DNA of 42,744 bases. Origin: Anaerolineae bacterium (GTDB taxonomy: Bacteria; Chloroflexota; Anaerolineae; CG2-30-64-16). The translations under genes were made by a program, and so were the position numbers. The DNA lies in contig DAOUGK010000039.1 of the NCBI GenBank assembly GCA_034429055.1, forward strand, positions 1 to 42,744. The letters are read 5' to 3'. This document shows, piece after piece, positions 9,763-16,809 of this stretch (positions are counted from its first letter, which is position 1; every line of letters begins with the position of its first letter). The notes below the pieces were generated by a model. It was given only the letters and a program-made list of their open reading frames with translations, made no database searches and was not told the DNA's origin.

Positions 9763-9835
9763 ACTTCACCTCCCGCCCGGGTTACTTGTTTGAGTGTAGT
9801 CCACAGTTGCAGGAAATTTTGGAATATTCAGTCCA

Positions 9836-9864
9836 TTGGCAAGGATCCCGCCCCATGTTATACT
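9836..9864 (+). promoter_or_regulatory. Sigma70-like promoter for the GH36-like gene
   Basis: TTGGCA (9836-9841), a 17-nt spacer, then TATACT (9859-9864). It lies about 50 nt upstream of ATG 9914. Confidence 0.5.
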
Positions 9865-9913
9865 TCACCACGTCGGATCACCTTCTCTCCTTCCTCCATC
9901 AAGGAGCCAGTTT

Positions 9914-11914
9914 ATGCGTTTCCTCCATTCCGCCGGTCCGGAGACCTTTTCCTTCCGCTATCATGCTGCATCCTCGGCCCTCCTCCTGCCCACGTGGCAG
10001 CGTGAGACAACCGCTTCCCAGGTGAACAAGGCCGCGCCGGGCAGCGAGAACCTGCAAACCACCTACCGCGACCCGGCCACCGGCCTGGCGGTTACTGTCA
10101 TCGCGCGCGCCTTTGCTGGATTCTCCGCGGTCGAATGGGTGCTCGAGCTCACCAACGATGGGACGACAGACACTCCGATCATCGACGACGTGCTCCCGCT
10201 CGACGCGCGGCTGCCGCTGCCTGCGCAGGAGCGGCTGCGTCTGCACCACCCACACGGCAGCCTGTGCCAGATGGATGACTTCCTGCCGCAGGTCACGGAG
10301 CTGCCGCCGGGCGCGCAGGTGACGATTGCCCCGCGCGGTGGGCGTTCCTCCAACGGCGCGTTCCCGTTCGCCAACCTGCAGGCGGCGGGCGGCGGCCTCA
10401 TCGTGGCGATCGGCTGGTCAGGCCAATGGGCCATGACCTTCGCCCGGGACCGGGACGGCCTGCACCTGACCGCGGGGATGGAGCACACGCACTTGCGCCT
10501 GCATCCCGGTGAGACCATCCGCACCCCGCGCATCCTGCTCCTCGAATGGGAGAGCGACGACATCGAAGCAGGCCAGAACCTGCTGCGTCAACTGCTGCTG
10601 GCGCGCTATCTGCCGCGACTTGACGACGAGTTGGTTATGCCGCCCGTTGCGCAGTGCCTGCAGGGTTACTTCTACCTGACGGGCCGGGCCGGAGAGGAGT
10701 ACGAGCAGGTTGCGCTCCCGAAGGTCGCAGCCCTCCGCGCGGACGCGTACTGGATCGATGCCTGCTGGTACGGCGGGCAGCGCGAGTGGTGGCAGGAGGT
10801 CGGGTCGTGGACGGTGAACCGGGCGCGCTTCCCCAACGGCCTGCGGCCCATCAGCGATGCGGCGCGGGCCGCGGGCATGCGGTTCGTGCTCTGGTTCGAG
10901 CCGGAACGTGTGCGGCCCGGCTCCGAGCTGCACGAGCAACACCCCGAGTTCCTGCTGACCGCACCGGGCAATCCGGATAATCTGCTCTTCAACCTGGGGC
11001 TGCCGGAGGCACAAACCTACCTGACCGACCAGTTATCCGCGGCCATCAGCGAGCACGGGGTGGATATCTACCGGCAGGACTTCAACTTCGACCCGTTACC
11101 CTACTGGCAGGCGGCGGACCCACCCGACCGCATCGGCATCACCGAGATTCGGTATGTCACCGGCCTGTACGAGCTATGGGACGAGCTGCGCCTCCGGCAT
11201 CCGGGATTGTGGATCGACAACTGCGCGAGCGGCGGCCGCCGTATCGACCTGGAGACCCTCAGCCGTTCGCTGCCGCTCTGGCCGAGCGACTTTCACGACA
11301 TCGTGGGGCTGGCCTATGGCCGCGGGCTGCACGTGGGCGACCAGTGCATCAACTCCGGGTTGGCACGGTGGGTTCCGCTTTTCGGCGGTGGTGTCTGGAA
11401 CTTCACGCCCTACTCGACACGCAGCCAGCTCATCGGCGGCTTCACGTTCGGTTTCCACATCAACGCGGCACACCTGCCCGCCGACAACGCGACTGAGCTC
11501 ACCGGTCCACTGGCTGTGATGGCACGAGGCGTGACCCTGCTGGACGACGCGTTCCCGCTGGCGGACGCGGGCGCGGCCATTGCTGAACTGCACAGCATCC
11601 GCCCCTTCCTGACAGGTGATTTCCACGAGCTGCTGCCGTTGACGGTCGCCTACCATGACTGGTGCGGCTGGCAACTGCACCGGGAGGACCTCGCTGCAGG
11701 AGTGGCTGTGCTCCTGCGCCGCCACCGGAGCCCATTCCCGACACTCCAGGTCAGCCTGAAGCGGATCGACCCGGACGCCACGTATAACGTCAGCGTCAGC
11801 CACGGCTACACGGCAGAGCCGGATATCCGCCTCACCGGCGCAGAGCTCAGGCAACTGGACGTGACCATCAACGAGGCCCCGGGCAGCGTGCTGGTGCGCT
11901 ATCGCCGTGGGTGA
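9914..11914 (+). CDS. Alpha-galactosidase-like glycoside hydrolase (GH36 / clan GH-D)
   Basis: The catalytic-region motifs I recognise are YWIDACWY, IYRQDFNFDP and WIDNCASGGRRIDLETL. The start is moved to ATG 9914, 7 nt after AAGGAG (9901-9906). The track start at 9836 overlaps the predicted promoter. Confidence 0.65.
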   Translation: MRFLHSAGPETFSFRYHAASSALLLPTWQRETTASQVNKAAPGSENLQTTYRDPATGLAVTVIARAFAGFSAVEWVLELTNDGTTDTPIIDDVLPLDARLPLPAQERLRLHHPHGSLCQMDDFLPQVTELPPGAQVTIAPRGGRSSNGAFPFANLQAAGGGLIVAIGWSGQWAMTFARDRDGLHLTAGMEHTHLRLHPGETIRTPRILLLEWESDDIEAGQNLLRQLLLARYLPRLDDELVMPPVAQCLQGYFYLTGRAGEEYEQVALPKVAALRADAYWIDACWYGGQREWWQEVGSWTVNRARFPNGLRPISDAARAAGMRFVLWFEPERVRPGSELHEQHPEFLLTAPGNPDNLLFNLGLPEAQTYLTDQLSAAISEHGVDIYRQDFNFDPLPYWQAADPPDRIGITEIRYVTGLYELWDELRLRHPGLWIDNCASGGRRIDLETLSRSLPLWPSDFHDIVGLAYGRGLHVGDQCINSGLARWVPLFGGGVWNFTPYSTRSQLIGGFTFGFHINAAHLPADNATELTGPLAVMARGVTLLDDAFPLADAGAAIAELHSIRPFLTGDFHELLPLTVAYHDWCGWQLHREDLAAGVAVLLRRHRSPFPTLQVSLKRIDPDATYNVSVSHGYTAEPDIRLTGAELRQLDVTINEAPGSVLVRYRRG

Positions 11915-11944
11915 CGTTCACAGTGACGGCGCGGCTATCGCGGA

Positions 11945-12060
11945 CAAACGAATGCGCTGGCGCGCCACGCATACGCGAAGCGTGTGCGCCGCGGCAGGGC
12001 TATCCGTGTATCCGTGCCCAGCGCCGCAGCGCCATTCGCGTATTCGCGATGGCCGCGTTC
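11945..12060. repeat. Diverged intergenic repeat, copy B (partner of 921-1030)
   Basis: It contains the identical 24-mer at 12034-12057, the tandem octamers cTATCCGTG TATCCGTG and cATTCGCG TATTCGCG, and the shared block CGAATGCGCTGGCGCGCC. Confidence 0.7.
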
Positions 12061-12098
12061 GCCCCCAGTCTGAAATGCACCCCCTATCACCGTCGGAG

Positions 12099-12127
12099 TT
12101 GACGGACGGATGTGAAACGGCGATAAT
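12099..12127 (+). promoter_or_regulatory. Sigma70-like promoter for the response regulator
   Basis: TTGACG (12099-12104), a 17-nt spacer, then GATAAT (12122-12127). It has the same -35 hexamer and the same position relative to the repeat as the promoter at 1062-1090. Confidence 0.55.
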
Positions 12128-12174
12128 ATCCTGAGACTCGACCTGCTCAAGTCAGCCACTAAGGACGGCTCACC

Positions 12175-12834
12175 ATGCGCCTGCTGTTGGTCGACGATCA
12201 TCCTCTGTTTCTTGAGGGTCTGCACAATCTGCTGACAGCTAAGGGCCTCGTCGTCCTTGGCACGGCGCGCGATGGTCTCGAGGCGCTAGCACAGGTGCGT
12301 GCCCTCAACCCCGACATCGTGCTGATGGACATCCGCATGCCGCGCTGCAATGGATTGGATGCCACCCGTCTGATCAAAGCCGAGTATCCGAACATTCACA
12401 TCGTCATGCTGACCATGTCGGCGGATGATGAAGACCTGTTCCAGGCCATTCGCGTGGGTGCATCCGGCTACCTGCTGAAATCGCAGGAGACTGCCGACCT
12501 CTATCACGCGCTCAACGAGCTGATGCAAGGACAGACCGTTCTTGCGCCCGGCCTTGCACAACGCATCCTGGAGGAGTTCTCGCGCCTCAGTAGTGAGGCG
12601 CCGGATGAAGATACGCCGCACAACGAGGGCTTCGACAGGCTCTCACAGCGCCAGGTGCAGGTGCTCACCCTCGTTGCCAGCGGACTGCCATATAAGGAAG
12701 TTGGACGTCACCTGAGCCTGACCGAACGCACGATCAAATTCCACATGGGCGAGATCATCGCGCGACTGCACCTGCGCAACCGCGCGGAAGCTGTGGCCTT
12801 CGCACACTCCCACGGCATGGTGCGCAAGCTCTGA
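12175..12834 (+). CDS. NarL/LuxR-family two-component response regulator (receiver plus LuxR-type HTH)
   Basis: The receiver reads MRLLLVDDHPLF ... DIVLMDIRMP ... VMLT. The C-terminal HTH reads LSQRQVQVLTLVASGLPYKEVGRHLSLTERTIKFHMGEIIARL. AAGGA lies 9 nt upstream of the ATG. Confidence 0.9.
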   Translation: MRLLLVDDHPLFLEGLHNLLTAKGLVVLGTARDGLEALAQVRALNPDIVLMDIRMPRCNGLDATRLIKAEYPNIHIVMLTMSADDEDLFQAIRVGASGYLLKSQETADLYHALNELMQGQTVLAPGLAQRILEEFSRLSSEAPDEDTPHNEGFDRLSQRQVQVLTLVASGLPYKEVGRHLSLTERTIKFHMGEIIARLHLRNRAEAVAFAHSHGMVRKL

Positions 12835-12955
12835 GCCCATTCCAAGGTGTAGCTCACCGCCAGCCAGCGCCCCAAGCGCCGGCTCGCCTGCGCAAGTCTT
12901 ACCCTCGCAACAGCCACATTTCCGGAACCCCTCGCATCTCCCACTGAACTTTTCT

Positions 12956-12994
12956 TGTACTCGCAACTGTACTTGCATGACTCACCGGTACAGT
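12956..12994. promoter_or_regulatory. Candidate operator: inverted repeat ACTGTAC-N15-GTACAGT plus direct TGTACT repeats
   Basis: ACTGTAC (12966-12972) and GTACAGT (12988-12994) form a perfect inverted repeat. TGTACT occurs at 12956-12961 and 12968-12973. The site lies in the 230-nt lower-GC gap about 70-110 nt upstream of ATG 13065. A weak -35-like TTGCAT is at 12974-12979. Confidence 0.3.
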
Positions 12995-13064
12995 GACAAT
13001 TTTCCACAACGCGCTATCCTATGTGCGGAGGTAATCTGCCCTCCTGACCCAGAGGATTCCGCAC

Positions 13065-13415
13065 ATGGTCCGCCGAATCGTCTTGCTTGGCCACTCTCTG
13101 GCGATTGACAGCATTGCCGCAGCAATCGGTGCACTGCCGGAGCTAGAGGTGTTCTATGCACCGAATGCCTCCGACTCCCCAAGCGATGTCGCAGCGGACA
13201 TTATCGCGTGCGCACCCACTGCGGTCATCTTTGACCTGACCGCAGGACTTCCAGGTAGCGCCCTCCTGCAGCACCTGATGCCACTTCATATCCCGCTGCT
13301 CGGTTTCGATCTGGAAAAACATCAGATGTTGGCACTGTCCGGCGAGCACATCCGACTGATGACGCGGGATGATTTAGTCGGCGCGCTGGCCACACCGACG
13401 GAGCAACAGCTATGA
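13065..13415 (+). CDS. Small hypothetical protein, receiver-like (possible pseudo-receiver)
   Basis: The protein is 116 aa with GAGGA 8 nt upstream. The alternating beta/alpha pattern (RIVLLGHS ... AVIFDL ... IPLLGF ...) resembles a CheY fold, but the N-terminal acidic pair is replaced by GH. Its stop overlaps the next start (ATGA at 13412-13415). Confidence 0.55.
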   Translation: MVRRIVLLGHSLAIDSIAAAIGALPELEVFYAPNASDSPSDVAADIIACAPTAVIFDLTAGLPGSALLQHLMPLHIPLLGFDLEKHQMLALSGEHIRLMTRDDLVGALATPTEQQL

Positions 13416-14020
13416 TCTCTCCCCGCTCCCTCATTTCTGCAGGCATATTCTTAATGGTTCTGGTTTTCGCAATGACGCTGCATGCAGGGCGACCGGCGAA
13501 CGCCGCTGCCGTTCCGCCGCCGCCGGATACAGTCCCGCTCCTCACTGCGGTATTGGAGGCCGCCAACGGCATCGTGCTGGTGCCTGGACCGCCTGTTTCC
13601 CTGCCCGTCCAGGCGCGGTCTGTCTCCAAACTCGGTGCGGCCACGGTTCTCGTCACCTATGACCCTGCCATCCTGAAGGCAACCGCTTGCCAGCGCAACG
13701 CAGCCTTCGACGTCGGCCTGTGCAACACCGCACATGACCGCGACGGTGACGGAAACGCCGACTCGGTGCTCTTCAATGTCGTGTCGCTCCAGGGCGTGAG
13801 TGCAGGTGAAACGCCTGTCATGCTCGTAAACATCGCATGGGAGGCGGCTGCCGGCGTGCAACCGCCCGCGTTGGCTGACCTCGGCGTACAAGTGCAGACT
13901 TTTACGGATACGAATGGCAGTCCGATGGCTGTCACAGCACAGGATGGGCAAATCACCATCAAGGCCGGCCCGACGCCTGTGCCGCGACGCCGTGTCTACT
14001 TGCCCTTGGTGCTGCGTTAG
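13412..14020 (+). CDS. Membrane-anchored/secreted single cohesin-like domain protein ending in VYLPLVLR
   Basis: The N-terminal hydrophobic segment is LISAGIFLMVLVFAMTL. The cohesin-like core is VSLPVQARSVSKLGAATVLVTYDPAILKATACQRNAAFDVGLCNTA ... VLFNVVSLQGVSAGETP. The extreme C-terminus is PRRRVYLPLVLR. Confidence 0.7.
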   Translation: MISPRSLISAGIFLMVLVFAMTLHAGRPANAAAVPPPPDTVPLLTAVLEAANGIVLVPGPPVSLPVQARSVSKLGAATVLVTYDPAILKATACQRNAAFDVGLCNTAHDRDGDGNADSVLFNVVSLQGVSAGETPVMLVNIAWEAAAGVQPPALADLGVQVQTFTDTNGSPMAVTAQDGQITIKAGPTPVPRRRVYLPLVLR

Positions 14021-14143
14021 GCGCGCAGCAGCTAGAGCACCGTGAGCCTTGTCAATCCTGGCCGGCCGGCGCCGATCTGTGGTCTTCCAGTCCGGCGCCA
14101 AACCTAGCAGGGCGGTTGCCTATCAAAACGGGAGGTACTTCCG

Positions 14144-16759
14144 ATGTATACCAAACGAGTCCTCGGCATGTTCCTGGGCCTGAGCGTGCTGGTTCTACTG
14201 GCACTGACGGTGCGCGCGGCCCTGCCGCAGCCAGGGGCGGCGGACACGGCTCTGGCCGAGGCGCCCCGCGCTGTGCCGCCGGCAGCAAACCCACAGGCCC
14301 AAGCTGCGCGCATAGACGCCGCCTTGGCACTGCCAGCAGTGGACGAGACGATATCCGGCGCAATCCTGACACAGAACTTCACCTTGCAGGCCGGCTGGAA
14401 CGCGATTTACCTGGGCGTCGAACCGATCAACGGATCACCCGTCGAGGAAGATGGCACGCCCACTCTGTCGGTCATGGAGTGGGTCTTCCAGGGCCTGGCC
14501 GAGAATGGCGCGCTCGAAAGCGTATGGACCTACACCCAGCCGGTATCATCAAAGGATTTCATCATCGATCCCAATGAGGGGCTGTGGGACGAGCCCGGCT
14601 GGGAACGCTACGTGCCTGTGCAGATGATGGGCGCGGACGGCAAGTCCCAGGGGTTTCTCAGCAACCTCTACACCCTGCATGCCGACACCGGCTACCTCGT
14701 AAAGCTGCGAGACGATCTGGGCGGACCCGTGACACTCTCGATAACCGGCAGACCGGTCGTCAGCCATCACCGCTGGGATCTGAACGCCTGGAACCTGACG
14801 GGCTTCCCCCTGCCGCTCACCGGCGGAGCCACGGTTGGGACGCTGAAAGCGGCTTCGCCCATCACCGACATTCGCGGGCTGACCATCACCGGCGCCTGGA
14901 CGAAACTCACCGACGAGGTCGCCCTACAGTACGGCCAGAGCTACCTGATCTTCTACGAGGACCCGGGCGAGGGACGGACCAACTTCACCGCGCCGCTGGA
15001 GGTACAGGAGGTCGCGGGCCGCGGCCTGACCTTCCAGGCGGGCTACCAGGGCAGCCGCCAGACGTTCAAGCTCGAGAACCTGACCGGTGCCGCCATGACG
15101 GTGAACCTGGCGCTGAAAACCGGCTCCCTGGTCGTCAAACAGGTGACAGGCATGCCAGAGAGCGAAGTGCTGACGCCGCTGCCCGTCAACCTAGACATAG
15201 CTGCACACTGGGCCGAACCCATTGTGCTGCAAGTCAGTTCGGGCGACCTCACCGGGCCGGTCGAAGACCTGCTGGAAGTCAGTTCGACGACGCCGGGCGT
15301 GCGCTGGCTTGTCCCGATTGCGGCGAAGCCGGGCTCGTACGACGGGCTGTGGGTCGGGGAGGTGGTGGTCAACAACGTCAGCGAGGCGCGGCTGGGCGCG
15401 ACCGGATTGTCCGACCTGACCGTCAGCCTTAGCCAGCAGAACGCATCCAATGTGCGCGGGGCTGCTGAGCTACACGAAGAGACCATAGGGCCGACCACGA
15501 GCGTCGACATCACCGTCACGCTCGCGCTGCCCCTGCCGGATCCGGCGCCGATACGGACCATCCAGGGAACCACACCCTACGTGGGCGGCTATGTGTTCCT
15601 GGACGAGAACCTCAACGGCCAACGCGACGCCACGGAGCGCGGCCTCAGCGGGGTAACGGTCACATTGGGCGGCCAGACGCAGGCCACGGCAGACGACGGC
15701 TCATACATTTTTCAAAGCGTGAGCGCGGGCGCCCATGCCATCTCCACCAACCTGGGGACCGGCTACACTTCGGGGTTCGACGTGATCCTCCCGGATGATG
15801 AGGAGCCCGTGACGCCGGTGGCGAACGTGCTGCCGACCAGCGTAGCGATAGCCGCAACCGGCGTCAGCAGCGTCGAACCAGCAGGCTATCTGGCCCAGGT
15901 GCTGCCAGAGCCCTACACGACCCTGCCCTTCATTGATGCGACGGGAGCACGCGTTCAGCCGGACATCAACTTCGGGTATGCCATCGCACACACAGTCAGG
16001 CTCAACGCGGGGACCTGCGCGTCGCCCGGCAGCGAAATCGCCACCGGCACGGCCATCAACGGCCGGCTGGCGATGACCCTTGCGCCGCAAACGCTCGCGG
16101 CGCTGACGGGCCACGCACATATCGCCGTCGAGCGGCTGGGGCAGATGGTGGCATGCGGCGATCTCCTCGTGGGCGCGCCGACGAAATTCGCGGACGGCGG
16201 CGGCAGCGAGTTCCGCTTCCGCCTGCTGCTGCGCGTCGACGCAAACGGGGTCGTCGAGCTGCTGCCTCACTACATCTTTGCGGACGCGGACGATGAGGCT
16301 GCCTTCCCGCGGCTGAGCAGCCCGGCGCTCTCGATCGGCGACGCCATCACGGGCTCGGGCAATTTCAGTGCCGGGAACGAGATCAAGTTCGGCGTCGATA
16401 TTGCCGGGCAGGACCCCCTCAACCCGTTCAAACACAAGTATCATCCCGACCACGATAACCTCGACGCCAAGTTCGAGCCATTCGATCCGACCCAGCTCAG
16501 CCCCTACAGTTGGGAGTCCTTCGGCGTCAGGCGGACCATCTCACTGACGCTCAAAAACGATCCTGCCTTTGAAGGCATGACGGCGGAGGAGATCCAGCGG
16601 CTCAGCGACGAATCGGATTGGGGCGGGGAGAACTGGGGCGGCGACTATGCCGAGGTCATCGAAGGGCTGCACCAGAACGATATCACGGTCAAAGGTTACT
16701 TCGTCATCCATCACGCGCTGGCGGGTGATGCGCTGACCGCGCAGGATTACGACAAGTGA
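14144..16759 (+). CDS. Secreted 871-aa hypothetical protein with one SdrD-B/Cna-B-like domain
   Basis: GGGAGG (14130-14135) precedes the ATG, and the signal peptide is MYTKRVLGMFLGLSVLVLLALTVRAA. GGYVFLDENLNGQRDATERGLSGVTVTL ... DGSYIFQSV (about 15584-15760) looks like an SdrD B-type fold. I cannot assign the C-terminal motifs NPFKHKYHPDHDNLD and WGGDYAEVIEGLHQNDITVKGYFVIHH. Confidence 0.75.
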   Translation: MYTKRVLGMFLGLSVLVLLALTVRAALPQPGAADTALAEAPRAVPPAANPQAQAARIDAALALPAVDETISGAILTQNFTLQAGWNAIYLGVEPINGSPVEEDGTPTLSVMEWVFQGLAENGALESVWTYTQPVSSKDFIIDPNEGLWDEPGWERYVPVQMMGADGKSQGFLSNLYTLHADTGYLVKLRDDLGGPVTLSITGRPVVSHHRWDLNAWNLTGFPLPLTGGATVGTLKAASPITDIRGLTITGAWTKLTDEVALQYGQSYLIFYEDPGEGRTNFTAPLEVQEVAGRGLTFQAGYQGSRQTFKLENLTGAAMTVNLALKTGSLVVKQVTGMPESEVLTPLPVNLDIAAHWAEPIVLQVSSGDLTGPVEDLLEVSSTTPGVRWLVPIAAKPGSYDGLWVGEVVVNNVSEARLGATGLSDLTVSLSQQNASNVRGAAELHEETIGPTTSVDITVTLALPLPDPAPIRTIQGTTPYVGGYVFLDENLNGQRDATERGLSGVTVTLGGQTQATADDGSYIFQSVSAGAHAISTNLGTGYTSGFDVILPDDEEPVTPVANVLPTSVAIAATGVSSVEPAGYLAQVLPEPYTTLPFIDATGARVQPDINFGYAIAHTVRLNAGTCASPGSEIATGTAINGRLAMTLAPQTLAALTGHAHIAVERLGQMVACGDLLVGAPTKFADGGGSEFRFRLLLRVDANGVVELLPHYIFADADDEAAFPRLSSPALSIGDAITGSGNFSAGNEIKFGVDIAGQDPLNPFKHKYHPDHDNLDAKFEPFDPTQLSPYSWESFGVRRTISLTLKNDPAFEGMTAEEIQRLSDESDWGGENWGGDYAEVIEGLHQNDITVKGYFVIHHALAGDALTAQDYDK

Positions 16760-16809
16760 GCGCCGCATCAGCGGATGTGCATCAACTGATGCCTGAAGGA
16801 GAGGAACCC

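Noticed and set aside
9763-9835. A copper-responsive operator (CopY-box TACAnnTGTA or CsoR-type GC-rich palindrome) upstream of the ATPase
   Set aside because: I found only weak partial symmetry (TAC...GTA fragments) and no convincing palindrome or minus-strand -35/-10 pair.
9836-9913. ATG 9836 as the start of the GH36-like gene, and likewise 38107 as the start of the DUF2207-like gene
   Set aside because: Downstream ATGs (9914 and 37999) sit behind strong SD sequences (AAGGAG and GGAGGGTG). The upstream extensions overlap promoter-like sequence and add non-homologous residues.
7723-10005. 760-aa ORF on the plus strand across the copper ATPase locus
   Set aside because: It is antisense to a P-type ATPase that carries all canonical motifs, and its translation is Arg/Gln/Asp-rich nonsense. 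It would also run through the divergent promoter gap.
16756-16809. GTG 16756 (overlapping the upstream TGA) as the start of the giant gene
   Set aside because: It would add 18 residues ahead of a textbook signal peptide. ATG 16810 has a strong AAGGAGAGG SD at ideal spacing. The GTG start is kept only as an alternative.
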